From positions 47,926,001-47,990,000 of the forward strand of contig OZ024743.1 in the NCBI GenBank assembly GCA_964016885.1: a stretch of 64,000 nucleotides of DNA. The letters run 5' to 3'. This document shows positions 16,501 to 33,741 of the stretch, one piece after another. The first letter of the stretch is position 1. Each line of letters begins with the position of its first letter. The notes under the pieces were generated by a model that searched no databases, was not told the DNA's origin, and worked only from the letters and a program-made list of their open reading frames with translations. The translations under genes and the position numbers were made by a program. The stretch comes from Eledone cirrhosa (Eukaryota).

Positions 16501-19500
16501 AGGTTAATATATATTACACAACTTAAATCATCACATCCACTACACCAGCTAGGTTAACAATATATATTACACAACTTAAATCATCACATCCACTACACCA
16601 GCTAGGTTAATATATATTACACAACATAAATCATCACATCCACTACACCAGCTAGGTTAACAATATATATTACACAACTTAAATCATCACATCCACTACA
16701 CCAGCTAGGTTAACAATATATATTACACAACTTAAATCATCACATCCACTACACCAGCTAGGTTAACAATATATATTACACAACTTAAATCATCACATCC
16801 ACTACACCAGCTAGGTTAACAATCTATATTACTCAACTTAAATCATCACATCCACTACACCAGCTAGGTTAACAATATATATTACACAACTTAAATCATC
16901 ACATCCACTACATCAGCAAAGGTTAACAATATATATTACACAACTTAAATCATCACATCCACTACACCAGCTATGTTAACAATATATATTACACAACTTA
17001 AATCATCACATCCACTACACCAGCTTGGTTAACAATATATATTACACAACTTAAATCATCACATCCACTACATCAGCAAAGGTTAACAATATATATTACA
17101 CAACTTAAATCATCACATCCACTACACCAGCTATGTTAACAATATATATTACACAACTTAAATCATCACATCCACTACACCAGCTAGGTTAACAATATAT
17201 ATTACACAACTTAAATCATCACATCCACTACACCAGCTAGGTTAACAATATATATTACACAACTTAAATCATCACATCCACTACACCAGCTAGGTTAACA
17301 ATATATATTACTCAACTTAAATCATCAAATCTACTACACCAGCTAGGTTAACAATATATATTACTCAACTTAAATCATCAAATCCACTACACCAGCTAGG
17401 TTAACAATATATATTATACAACTTAAATCATCACATCCACTACACCAGCTAGGTTAACAATATATATTATACAACTTAAATCATCACATCCACTACACCA
17501 GCTAGGTTAACAATATATATTACACAACTTAAATCATCACATCCACTACACCAGCTAGGTTAATATATATTACACAACTTAAATGATCACATCCACTACA
17601 ACAGCTAGGTTAATATATATTACACAACTTAAATCATCACATCCACTACATCAGCTAGTTTAACAATATATATTACACAACTTAAATCATCACATCCACT
17701 ACACCAGCTAGGTTAACAATATATAGTACACAACTTAAAACATCAAATCCACTACACCAGCTAGGCTAACAATATATATTACACAACTTAAATCATCACA
17801 TCCACTACACCAGCTAGGTTAACAATCTATATTACTCAACTTAAATCATCACATCCACTACACCAGCTAGGTTAACAATATATATTACACAACTTAAATC
17901 ATCACATCCACTACATCAGCTAGGTTAACAATATATATTACACAACATAAATCATCACATCCACTACACCAAGTAGGTTAACAATATATATTACACAACT
18001 TAAATCATCACATCCACTACACCAGCTAGGTTAACAATATATATTATACAACTTAAATCATCACATCCACTACACCAGCTAGGTTAACAATATATATTAC
18101 ACAACTTAAATCATCACATCCACTACACCAGCTAGGTTAACAATATATATTACACAACTTAAATCATCACATCCACTATACCAGCTAGGTTAACAATATA
18201 TATTACACAACTTAAATCATCACATCCACTACACCAGCTAGGTTAATATATATTACACAACTTAAATCATCACATCCACTACACCAGCTAGGTTAACAAT
18301 ATATATTACTCAACTTAAATCATCACATCCACTACACCAGCTAGGTTAACAATCTATATTACTCAATTTAAATCATCACATCCACTACACCAGCTAGGTT
18401 AACAATATATATTACACAACTTAAATCATCACATCCACTACACCAGCTAGGTTAACAATATATATTACTCAACTTAAATCATCACATCCACTACACCAGC
18501 TAGGTTAACAATCTATATTACACAACTTAAATCATCACATCCACTACACCAGCTAGGTTAATATATATTACACAACGTAAATCATCACATCCACTACACC
18601 AGCTAGGTTAATATATATTACACAACTTAAATCATCACATCCACTACACCATCTAGGTTAACAATATATATTACACAACTTAAATCATCACATCCACTAC
18701 ACCAGCCTGGTTAATATATATTACACAACATAAATCATCACATCCACTACACCAGCTAGGTTAACAATATATATTACACAACTTAAATCATCACATCCCC
18801 TACACCAGCTAGGTTAACAATATATATTACACAACTTAAATCATCAGATCCACTACACCAGCTAGGTTAACAATCTATATTACTCAACTTAAATCATCAC
18901 ATCCACTACACCAGCTAGGTTAACAATATATATTACACAACTTAAATCATCACATCCACTACATCAGCAAAGGTTAACAATATATATTACACAACTTAAA
19001 TCATCACATCCACTACACCAGCTATGTTAACAATATATATTACACAACTTAAATCATCACATCCACTACACCAGCTTGGTTAACAATATATATTACACAA
19101 CTTAAATCATCACATCCACTACATCAGCAAAGGTTAACAATATATATTACACAACTTAAATCATCACATCCACTACACCAGCTAGGTTAACAATATATAT
19201 TACACAACTTAAATGATCACATCCACTACACCAGCTAGGTTAATATATATTACACAACTTAAATCATCACATCCACTACACCAGCTAGGTTAACAATCTA
19301 TATTACTCAACTTAAATCATCACATCCACTACACCAGCTAGGTTAATATATATTACACAACTTAAATGATCACATCCACTACACCAGCTAGGTTAATATA
19401 TATTACACAACTTAAATCATCACATCCACTACATCAGCTAGGTTAACAATATATATTACACAACTTAAATCATCACATCCACTACACCAGCTAGGTTAAC

Positions 19501-22500
19501 AATATATAGTACACAACGTAAATCATCACATCCACTACACCAGCTAGATTAATATATATTACACAACTTAAATCATCACATCCACTACACCAGCTAGGTT
19601 AACAATATATATTACACAACTTAAATCATCACATCCACTACATCAGCTAGGTTAACAATATATATTACACAACATAAATCATCACATCCACTACACCAGC
19701 TATGTTAACAATATATATTACACAACTTAAATCATCACATCCACTACACCAGCTAGGTTAACAATATATATTACACAACTTAAATCATCACATCCACTAC
19801 ACCAGCTAGGTTAACAATATATATTACACAACTTAAATGATCACATCCACTACACCAGCTAGGTTAATATATATTACACAACTTAAATCATCACATCCAC
19901 TACACCAGCTAGGTTAACAATCTATATTACTCAACTTAAATCATCACATCCACTACACCAGCTAGGTTAATATATATTACACAACTTAAATGATCACATC
20001 CACTACACCAGCTAGGTGAATATATATTACACAACTTAAATCTTCACATCCACTACATCAGCTAGGTTAACAATATATATTACACAACTTAAATCATCAC
20101 ATCCACTACACCAGCTAGGTTAACAATCTATATTACTCAACTTAAATCATCACATCCACTACACCAGCTAGGTTAACAATATATATTATACAACTTAAAT
20201 CATCACATCCACTACACCAGCTAGGTTAACAATATATATTACACAACTTAAATCATCACATCCACTACACCAGCTAGGTTAACAATATATATTACACAAC
20301 TTAAATCATCACATCCACTACACCAGCTAGGTTAACAATATATATTACACAACTTAAATCATCACATCCACTACACCAGCTAGGTTAATATATATTACAC
20401 AACTTAAATCATCACATCCACTACACCAGCTAGGTTAACAATATATATTACTCAACTTAAATTATCACATCCACTACACCAGCTAGGTTAACAATCTATA
20501 TTACTCAATTTAAATCATCACATCCACTACACCAGCTAGGTTAACAATATATATTACACAACTTAAATCATCACATCCACTACACCAGCTAGGTTAACAA
20601 TATATGTTACTCAACTTAAATCATCACATCCACTACACCAGCTAGGTTAACAATCTATATTACACAACTTAAATCATCACATCCACTACACCAGCTAGGT
20701 TAATATATATTACACAACGTAAATCATCACATCCACTACACCAGCTAGGTTAATATATATTACACAACTTAAATCATCACATCCACTACACCAGCTAGGT
20801 TAACAATATATATTACACAACTTAAATCATCACATCCACTACACCAGCCTGGTTAATATATATTACACAACATAAATCATCACATCCACTACACCAGCTA
20901 GGTTAACAATATATATTACACAACTTAAATCATCACATCCACTACACCAGCTAGGTTAACAATCTATATTACTCAACTTAAATCATCACATCCACTACAC
21001 CAGCTAGGTTAACAATATATATTACACAACTTAAATCATCACATCCACTACATCAGCAAAGGTTAACAATATATATTACACAACTTAAATCATCACATCC
21101 ACTACACCAGCTATGTTAACAATATATATTACACAACTTAAATCATCACATCCACTACACCAGCTAGGTTAACAATATATATTACACAACTTAAATCATC
21201 ACATCCACTACATCAGCAAAGGTTAACAATATATATTACACAACTTAAATCATCACATCCACTACACCAGCTATGTTAACAATATATATTACACAACTTA
21301 AATCATCACATCCACTACACCAGCTAGGTTAACAATATATATTACACAACTTAAATCATCACATCCACTACACCAGCTAGGTTAACAATCTATATTACAC
21401 AACTTAAATGATCACATCCACTACACCAGCTAGGTTAATATATATTACACAACTTAAATCATCACATCCACTACACCAGCTAGGTTAACAATCTATATTA
21501 CTCAACTTAAATCATCACATCCAGTACACCAGCTAGGTTAATATATATTACACAACTTAAATGATCACATCCACTACACCAGCTAGGTTAATATATATTA
21601 CACAACTTAAATCATCACATCCACTACATCAGCTAGGTTAACAATATATATTACACAACTTAAATCATCACATCCACTACACCAGCTAGGTTAACAATAT
21701 ATAGTACACAACTTAAAACATCAAATCCACTACACCAGCTAGCCTAACAATATATATTACACAACTTAAATCATCACATCCACTACACCAGCTAGGTTAA
21801 CAATCTATATTACTCAACTTAAATCATCACATCCACTACACCAGCTAGGTTAACAATATATATTACACAACTTAAATCATCACATCCACTACATCAGCTA
21901 GGTTAACAATATATATTACACAACATAAATCATCACATCCACTACACCAAGTAGGTTAACAATATATATTACACAACTTAAATCATCACATCCACTACAC
22001 CAGCTAGGTTAACAATATATATTATACAACTTAAATCATCACATCCACTACACCAGCTCGGTTAACAATATATATTACACAACTTAAATCATCACATCCA
22101 CTACACCAGCTAGGTTAACAATATATATTACACAACTTAAATCATCACATCCACTACACCAGCTAGGTTAATATATATTACACAACTTAAATCATCACAT
22201 CCACTACACCAGCTAGGTTAACAATATATATTACACAACTTAAATCATCACATCCGGTACACCAGCTAGGTTACCAATATATATTACACAACTTAAATCA
22301 TCACATCCACTACAGCAGCTAGGTTAACAATATATATTACACAACTTAAATCATCACATCCACTACACCAGCTAGGTTAATATATATTACACAACTTAAA
22401 TCATCACATCCACTACACCAGCTAGGTTAACAATATATATTACACAACTTAAATCATCACATCCAGTACACCAGCTAGGTTACCAATATATATTACACAA

Positions 22501-22600
22501 CTTAAATCATCACATCCACTACAGCAGCTAGGTTAACAATATATATTACACAACTTAAATCATCACATCCACTACACCAGCTAGGTTAACAATCTATATT
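1550..22600. repeat. Left higher-order domain: blocks A (~5.5 kb) and B (~2.2 kb) arranged A-B-A-A-B
   Basis: Marker CTCTACTTAAA at 2771, 10478, 15993 and marker TCAGATCC (G at 5625, 13332, 18847) both give offsets 7707 and 5515. GGTGAA variant at 6838, 14501, 20016. B markers AAATTATC 7281/20459 and CAGTAC 8344/21522 give offset 13,178. Confidence 0.88.
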
Positions 22601-23161
22601 ACACAACTTAAATCATCACATCCACTACATCAGCAAAAGTTAACAATATATATTACACAACTCAAATCATCACATCCACTACAGCAGCTATGTTAACAAT
22701 ATATATTACACAACTTAAATCATCACATCCACTACACCAGATAGGTTAACAATATATATTACACAACTTAAATCATCACATCCACTACACCAGCTAGGTT
22801 AACAATATATATTACACAACTTAAATGATCACATCCACTACACCAGCTTGGTTAATATATATTACACAACTTAAATCATCACATCCACTACACCAGCTAG
22901 GTTAACAATCTATATTACTCAACTTAAATCATCACATCCACTACACCAGCTAGGTTAATATATATTACACAACTTAAATGATCACATCCACTACACCAGC
23001 TAGGTTAACATATATTACACAACTTAAATCATCACATCCACTACATCAGCTAGGTTAACAATATATATTACACAACTTAAATCATCACATCCACTACACC
23101 AGCTAGGTTAACAATATATAGTACACAACTTAAAACATCAAATCCACTACACCAGCTAGGT

Positions 23162-26100
23162 TAACAATATATATTACACAACTTAAATCATCACATCCAC
23201 TACACCAGCTAGGTTAACAATCTATATTACTCAACTTAAATCATCACATCCACTACACCAGCTAGGTTAACAATATATATTACACAACTTAAATCATCAC
23301 ATCCACTACATCAGCTAGGTTAACAATATATATTACACAACATAAATCATCACATCCACTACACCAAGTAGGTTAACAATATATATTACACAACTTAAAT
23401 CATCACATCCACTACACCAGCTAGGTTAACAATATATATTACTCAACTTAAATCATCACATCCACTACACCAGCTAGGTTAACAATATATATTATACAAC
23501 TTAAATCATCACATCCACTACACCAGCTAGGTTAACAATATATATTACACAACTTAAATCATCACATCCACTACACCAGCTAGGTTAACAATATATATTA
23601 CACAACTTAAATCATCACTTCCACTACACCAGCTTGGTTAACAATATATATTACACAACTTAAATCATCACATCCACTACACCAGCTAGGTTAACAATAT
23701 ATATTACACAACTTAAATCATCACATCCACTACACCAAGTAGGTTAACAATATATATTACACAACTTAAATCATCACATCCACTACACCAGCTAGGTTAA
23801 CAATATATATTACACAACTTAAATCATCACATCCACTACACCAGCTAGGTTAACAATATATATTACACAACTTAAATTATCACATCCACTACACCAGCTA
23901 GGTTAACAATATATATTGCTCAACTTAAATCATCACATCCACTACACCAGCTAGGTTAACAATCTATATTACTCAACTTAAATCATCACCTCCACTACTC
24001 CAGCTAGGTTAACAATATATATTACACAACTTAAATCATCACATCCACTACACCAGCTAGGTTCATATATATTACGCAACTTAAATCATCACTTCCACTA
24101 CACCAGATAGGTTAACAATATATATTACACAACTTAAATCATCACATCCACTACACCAGCTATGTTAACAATATATATTACACAACTTAAATCATCACAT
24201 CCACTACACCAGCTAGGTTAACAATATATATTACACAACTTAAATCATCACATCCACTACATCAGCAAAGGTTAACAATATATATTACACAACTTAAATC
24301 ATCACATCCACTACACCAGCTAGGTTAACAATCTATATTACACAACTTAAATCATCACATCCACTACACCAGCTAGGTTAACAATATATATTACACAACT
24401 TAAATCATCACATCCACTACATCAGCAAAGGTTAACAATATATATTACACAACTTAAATCATCACATCCACTACACCAGCTAGGTTAACAATATATATTA
24501 CACAACTTAAATCATCACATCCACTACACCAGCTAGGTTAACAATCTATATTACACAACTTAAATGATCACATCCACTACACCAGCTAGGTTAATATATA
24601 TTACACAACTTAAATCATCACATCCACTACACCAGCTAGGTTAACAATCTATATTACTCAACTTAAATCATCACATCCACTACACCAGCTAGGTTAATAT
24701 ATATTACACAACTTAAATGATCACATCCACTACACCAGCTAGGTTAATATATATTACACAACTTAAATCATCACATCCACTACATCAGCTAGGTTAACAA
24801 TATATATTACACAACTTAAATCATCACATCCACTACACCAGCTAGGTTAACAATATATAGTACACAACTTAAAACATCAAATCCACTACACCAGCTAGCC
24901 TAACAATATATATTACACAACTTAAATCATCACATCCACTACACCAGCTAGGTTAACAATCTATATTACTCAACTTAAATCATCACATCCACTACACCAG
25001 CTAGGTTAACAATATATATTACACAACTTAAATCATCACATCCACTACATCAGCTAGGTTAACAATATATATTACACAACATAAATCATCACATCCACTA
25101 CACCAAGTAGGTTAACAATATATATTACACAACTTAAATCATCACATCCACTACACCAGCTAGGTTAACAATATATATTATACAACTTAAATCATCACAT
25201 CCACTACACCAGCTAGGTTAACAATATATATTACACAACTTAAATCATCACATCCACTACACCAGCTAGGTTAACAATATATATTACACAACTTAAATCA
25301 TCACATCCACTACACCAGCTAGGTTAACAATATATATTACACAACTTAAATCATCACATCCACTACACCAGCTAGGTTAATATATATTACACAACTTAAA
25401 TCATCACATCCACTACACCAGCTAGGTTAACAATATATATTACACAACTTAAATCATCACATCCGGTACACCAGCTAGGTTACCAATATATATTACACAA
25501 CTTAAATCATCACATCCACTACAGCAGCTAGGTTAACAATATATATTACACAACTTAAATCATCACATCCACTACACCAGCTAGGTTAATATATATTACA
25601 CAACTTAAATCATCACATCCACTACACCAGCTAGGTTAACAATATATATTACACAACTTAAATCATCACATCCCCTACAGCAGCTAGGTTAACAATATAT
25701 ATTACACAACTTAAATCATCACATCCACTACACCAGCTAGGTTAACAATCTATATTACACAACTTAAATCATCACATCCACTACATCAGCAAAAGTTAAC
25801 AATATATATTACACAACTCAAATCATCACATCCACTACAGCAGCTATGTTAACAATATATATTACACAACTTAAATCATCACATCCACTACACCAGATAG
25901 GTTAACAATATATATTACACAACTTAAATCATCACATCCACTACACCAGCTAGGTTAACAATATATATTACACAACTTAAATGATCACATCCACTACACC
26001 AGCTTGGTTAATATATATTACACAACTTAAATCATCACATCCACTACACCAGCTAGGTTAACAATCTATATTACTCAACTTAAATCATCACATCCACTAC

Positions 26101-29100
26101 ACCAGCTAGGTTAATATATATTACACAACTTAAATGATCACATCCACTACACCAGCTAGGTTAACATATATTACACAACTTAAATCATCACATCCACTAC
26201 ATCAGCTAGGTTAACAATATATATTACACAACTTAAATCATCACATCCACTACACCAGCTAGGTTAACAATATATAGTACACAACTTAAAACATCAAATC
26301 CACTACACCAGCTAGGTTAACAATATATATTACACAACTTAAATCATCACATCCACTACACCAGCTAGGTTAACAATCTATATTACTCAACTTAAATCAT
26401 CACATCCACTACACCAGCTAGGTTAACAATATATATTACACAACTTAAATCATCACATCCACTACATCAGCTAGGTTAACAATATATATTACACAACATA
26501 AATCATCACATCCACTACACCAGCTAGGTTAACAATATATATTACACAACTTAAATCATCACATCCACTACACCAAGTAGGTTAACAATATATATTACAC
26601 AACTTAAATCATCACATCCACTACACCAGCTAGGTTAACAATATATATTACACAACTTAAATCATCACATCCACTACACCAGCTAGGTTAATATATATTA
26701 CACAACTTAAATCATCACATCCACTACACCAGCTAGGTTAACAATCTATATTACTCAACTTAAATCATCACATCCAGTACACCAGCTAGGTTAATATATA
26801 TTACACAACTTAAATGATCACATCCACTACACCAGCTAGGTTAATATATATTACACAACTTAAATCATCACATCCACTACATCAGCTAGGTTAACAATAT
26901 ATATTACACAACTTAAATCATCACATCCACTACACCAGCTAGGTTAACAATATATAGTACACAACTTAAAACATCAAATCCACTACACCAGCTAGCCTAA
27001 CAATATATATTACACAACTTAAATCATCACATCCACTACACCAGCTAGGTTAACAATCTATATTACTCAACTTAAATCATCACATCCACTACACCAGCTA
27101 GGTTAACAATATATATTACACAACTTAAATCATCACATCCACTACATCAGCTAGGTTAACAATATATATTACACAACATAAATCATCACATCCACTACAC
27201 CAAGTAGGTTAACAATATATATTACACAACTTAAATCATCACATCCACTACACCAGCTAGGTTAACAATATATATTATACAACTTAAATCATCACATCCA
27301 CTACACCAGCTAGGTTAACAATATATATTACACAACTTAAATCATCACATCCACTACACCAGCTAGGTTAACAATATATATTACACAACTTAAATCATCA
27401 CATCCACTACACCAGCTAGGTTAACAATATATATTACACAACTTAAATCATCACATCCACTACACCAGCTAGGTTCATATATATTACACAACTTAAATCA
27501 TCACATCCACTACACCAGATAGGTTAACAATCTATATTACACAACTTAAATCATCACATCCACTACATCAGCTAGGTTAACAATATATATTACACAACTT
27601 AAATCATCACATCCACTACACCAAGTAGGTTAACAATATATATTACACAACTTAAATCATCACATCCACTACACCAGCTAGGTTAACAATATATATTACT
27701 CAACCTAAATCATCACATCCACTACACCAGCTAGGTTAACAATATATATTATACAACTTAAATCATCACATCCACTACATCAGCAAAGGTTAACAATATA
27801 TATTACACAACTTAAATCATCACATCCACTACACCAGCTATGTTAACAATATATATTACACAACTTAAATCATCACATCCACTACACCAGCTAGGTTAAC
27901 AATATATATTACACAACTTAAATCATCACATCCACTACACCAGCTAGGTTAACAATCTATATTACACAACTTAAATGATCACATCCACTACACCAGCTAG
28001 GTTAATATATATTACACAACTTAAATCATCACATCCACTACACCAGCTAGGTTAACAATCTATATTACTCAACTTAAATCATCACATCCAGTACACCAGC
28101 TAGGTTAATATATATTACACAACTTAAATGATCACATCCACTACACCAGCTAGGTTAATATATATTACACAACTTAAATCATCACATCCACTACATCAGC
28201 TAGGTTAACAATATATATTACACAACTTAAATCATCACATCCACTACACCAGCTAGGTTAACAATATATAGTACACAACTTAAAACATCAAATCCACTAC
28301 ACCAGCTAGCCTAACAATATATATTACACAACTTAAATCATCACATCCACTACACCAGCTAGGTTAACAATCTATATTACTCAACTTAAATCATCACATC
28401 CACTACACCAGCTAGGTTAACAATATATATTACACAACTTAAATCATCACATCCACTACATCAGCTAGGTTAACAATATATATTACACAACATAAATCAT
28501 CACATCCACTACACCAAGTAGGTTAACAATATATATTACACAACTTAAATCATCACATCCACTACACCAGCTAGGTTAACAATATATATTACTCAACTTA
28601 AATCATCACATCCACTACACCAGCTAGGTTAACAATATATATTATACAACTTAAATCATCACATCCACTACACCAGCTAGGTTAACAATATATATTACAC
28701 AACTTAAATCATCACATCCACTACACCAGCTAGGTTAACAATATATATTACACAACTTAAATCATCACTTCCACTACACCAGCTTGGTTAACAATATATA
28801 TTACACAACTTAAATCATCACATCCACTACACCAGCTAGGTTAACAATATATATTACACAACTTAAATCATCACATCCACTACACCAAGTAGGTTAACAA
28901 TATATATTACACAACTTAAATCATCACATCCACTACACCAGCTAGGTTAACAATATATATTACACAACTTAAATCATCACATCCACTACACCAGCTAGGT
29001 TAACAATATATATTACACAACTTAAATTATCACATCCACTACACCAGCTAGGTTAACAATATATATTGCTCAACTTAAATCATCACATCCACTACACCAG

Positions 29101-32100
29101 CTAGGTTAACAATCTATATTACTCAACTTAAATCATCACCTCCACTACTCCAGCTAGGTTAACAATATATATTACACAACTTAAATCATCACATCCACTA
29201 CACCAGCTAGGTTCATATATATTACGCAACTTAAATCATCACTTCCACTACACCAGATAGGTTAACAATATATATTACACAACTTAAATCATCACATCCA
29301 CTACACCAGCTATGTTAACAATATATATTACACAACTTAAATCATCACATCCACTACACCAGCTAGGTTAACAATATATATTACACAACTTAAATCATCA
29401 CATCCACTACATCAGCAAAGGTTAACAATATATATTACACAACTTAAATCATCACATCCACTACACCAGCTAGGTTAACAATCTATATTACACAACTTAA
29501 ATCATCACATCCACTACACCAGCTAGGTTAACAATATATATTACACAACTTAAATCATCACATCCACTACATCAGCAAAGGTTAACAATATATATTACAC
29601 AACTTAAATCATCACATCCACTACACCAGCTAGGTTAACAATATATATTACACAACTTAAATCATCACATCCACTACACCAGCTAGGTTAACAATCTATA
29701 TTACACAACTTAAATGATCACATCCACTACACCAGCTAGGTTAATATATATTACACAACTTAAATCATCACATCCACTACACCAGCTAGGTTAACAATCT
29801 ATATTACTCAACTTAAATCATCACATCCACTACACCAGCTAGGTTAATATATATTACACAACTTAAATGATCACATCCACTACACCAGCTAGGTTAATAT
29901 ATATTACACAACTTAAATCATCACATCCACTACATCAGCTAGGTTAACAATATATATTACACAACTTAAATCATCACATCCACTACACCAGCTAGGTTAA
30001 CAATATATAGTACACAACTTAAAACATCAAATCCACTACACCAGCTAGCCTAACAATATATATTACACAACTTAAATCATCACATCCACTACACCAGCTA
30101 GGTTAACAATCTATATTACTCAACTTAAATCATCACATCCACTACACCAGCTAGGTTAACAATATATATTACACAACTTAAATCATCACATCCACTACAT
30201 CAGCTAGGTTAACAATATATATTACACAACATAAATCATCACATCCACTACACCAAGTAGGTTAACAATATATATTACACAACTTAAATCATCACATCCA
30301 CTACACCAGCTAGGTTAACAATATATATTATACAACTTAAATCATCACATCCACTACACCAGCTAGGTTAACAATATATATTACACAACTTAAATCATCA
30401 CATCCACTACACCAGCTAGGTTAACAATATATATTACACAACTTAAATCATCACATCCACTACACCAGCTAGGTTAACAATATATATTACACAACTTAAA
30501 TCATCACATCCACTACACCAGCTAGGTTAATATATATTACACAACTTAAATCATCACATCCACTACACCAGCTAGGTTAACAATATATATTACACAACTT
30601 AAATCATCACATCCGGTACACCAGCTAGGTTACCAATATATATTACACAACTTAAATCATCACATCCACTACAGCAGCTAGGTTAACAATATATATTACA
30701 CAACTTAAATCATCACATCCACTACACCAGCTAGGTTAATATATATTACACAACTTAAATCATCACATCCACTACACCAGCTAGGTTAACAATATATATT
30801 ACACAACTTAAATCATCACATCCCCTACAGCAGCTAGGTTAACAATATATATTACACAACTTAAATCATCACATCCACTACACCAGCTAGGTTAACAATC
30901 TATATTACACAACTTAAATCATCACATCCACTACATCAGCAAAAGTTAACAATATATATTACACAACTCAAATCATCACATCCACTACAGCAGCTATGTT
31001 AACAATATATATTACACAACTTAAATCATCACATCCACTACACCAGATAGGTTAACAATATATATTACACAACTTAAATCATCACATCCACTACACCAGC
31101 TAGGTTAACAATATATATTACACAACTTAAATGATCACATCCACTACACCAGCTTGGTTAATATATATTACACAACTTAAATCATCACATCCACTACACC
31201 AGCTAGGTTAACAATCTATATTACTCAACTTAAATCATCACATCCACTACACCAGCTAGGTTAATATATATTACACAACTTAAATGATCACATCCACTAC
31301 ACCAGCTAGGTTAACATATATTACACAACTTAAATCATCACATCCACTACATCAGCTAGGTTAACAATATATATTACACAACTTAAATCATCACATCCAC
31401 TACACCAGCTAGGTTAACAATATATAGTACACAACTTAAAACATCAAATCCACTACACCAGCTAGGTTAACAATATATATTACACAACTTAAATCATCAC
31501 ATCCACTACACCAGCTAGGTTAACAATCTATATTACTCAACTTAAATCATCACATCCACTACACCAGCTAGGTTAACAATATATATTACACAACTTAAAT
31601 CATCACATCCACTACATCAGCTAGGTTAACAATATATATTACACAACATAAATCATCACATCCACTACACCAGCTAGGTTAACAATATATATTACACAAC
31701 TTAAATCATCACATCCACTACACCAAGTAGGTTAACAATATATATTACACAACTTAAATCATCACATCCACTACACCAGCTAGGTTAACAATATATATTA
31801 CACAACTTAAATCATCACATCCACTACACCAGCTAGGTTAATATATATTACACAACTTAAATCATCACATCCACTACACCAGCTAGGTTAACAATCTATA
31901 TTACTCAACTTAAATCATCACATCCAGTACACCAGCTAGGTTAATATATATTACACAACTTAAATGATCACATCCACTACACCAGCTAGGTTAATATATA
32001 TTACACAACTTAAATCATCACATCCACTACATCAGCTAGGTTAACAATATATATTACACAACTTAAATCATCACATCCACTACACCAGCTAGGTTAACAA

Positions 32101-33741
32101 TATATAGTACACAACTTAAAACATCAAATCCACTACACCAGCTAGCCTAACAATATATATTACACAACTTAAATCATCACATCCACTACACCAGCTAGGT
32201 TAACAATCTATATTACTCAACTTAAATCATCACATCCACTACACCAGCTAGGTTAACAATATATATTACACAACTTAAATCATCACATCCACTACATCAG
32301 CTAGGTTAACAATATATATTACACAACATAAATCATCACATCCACTACACCAAGTAGGTTAACAATATATATTACACAACTTAAATCATCACATCCACTA
32401 CACCAGCTAGGTTAACAATATATATTATACAACTTAAATCATCACATCCACTACACCAGCTAGGTTAACAATATATATTACACAACTTAAATCATCACAT
32501 CCACTACACCAGCTAGGTTAACAATATATATTACACAACTTAAATCATCACATCCACTACACCAGCTAGGTTAACAATATATATTACACAACTTAAATCA
32601 TCACATCCACTACACCAGCTAGGTTCATATATATTACACAACTTAAATCATCACATCCACTACACCAGATAGGTTAACAATCTATATTACACAACTTAAA
32701 TCATCACATCCACTACATCAGCTAGGTTAACAATATATATTACACAACTTAAATCATCACATCCACTACACCAAGTAGGTTAACAATATATATTACACAA
32801 CTTAAATCATCACATCCACTACACCAGCTAGGTTAACAATATATATTACTCAACCTAAATCATCACATCCACTACACCAGCTAGGTTAACAATATATATT
32901 ATACAACTTAAATCATCACATCCACTACATCAGCAAAGGTTAACAATATATATTACACAACTTAAATCATCACATCCACTACACCAGCTATGTTAACAAT
33001 ATATATTACACAACTTAAATCATCACATCCACTACACCAGCTAGGTTAACAATATATATTACACAACTTAAATCATCACATCCACTACACCAGCTAGGTT
33101 AACAATCTATATTACACAACTTAAATGATCACATCCACTACACCAGCTAGGTTAATATATATTACACAACTTAAATCATCACATCCACTACACCAGCTAG
33201 GTTAACAATCTATATTACTCAACTTAAATCATCACATCCAGTACACCAGCTAGGTTAATATATATTACACAACTTAAATGATCACATCCACTACACCAGC
33301 TAGGTTAATATATATTACACAACTTAAATCATCACATCCACTACATCAGCTAGGTTAACAATATATATTACACAACTTAAATCATCACATCCACTACACC
33401 AGCTAGGTTAACAATATATAGTACACAACTTAAAACATCAAATCCACTACACCAGCTAGCCTAACAATATATATTACACAACTTAAATCATCACATCCAC
33501 TACACCAGCTAGGTTAACAATCTATATTACTCAACTTAAATCATCACATCCACTACACCAGCTAGGTTAACAATATATATTACACAACTTAAATCATCAC
33601 ATCCACTACATCAGCTAGGTTAACAATATATATTACACAACATAAATCATCACATCCACTACACCAAGTAGGTTAACAATATATATTACACAACTTAAAT
33701 CATCACATCCACTACACCAGCTAGGTTAACAATATATATTA
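23162..33741. repeat. Near-perfect tandem duplication, period 5150 bp (just over two copies)
   Basis: ATTGCTC 23918/29068, TCCCCTACAG 25671/30821, CCGG 25463/30613, CAACCTAAAT 27701/32851 and ATCATCACTT 23611/28761 are all offset 5150. Identity breaks at about 23160 vs 28310 (GGTT vs GCCT) and 28592 vs 33742. Confidence 0.9.
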
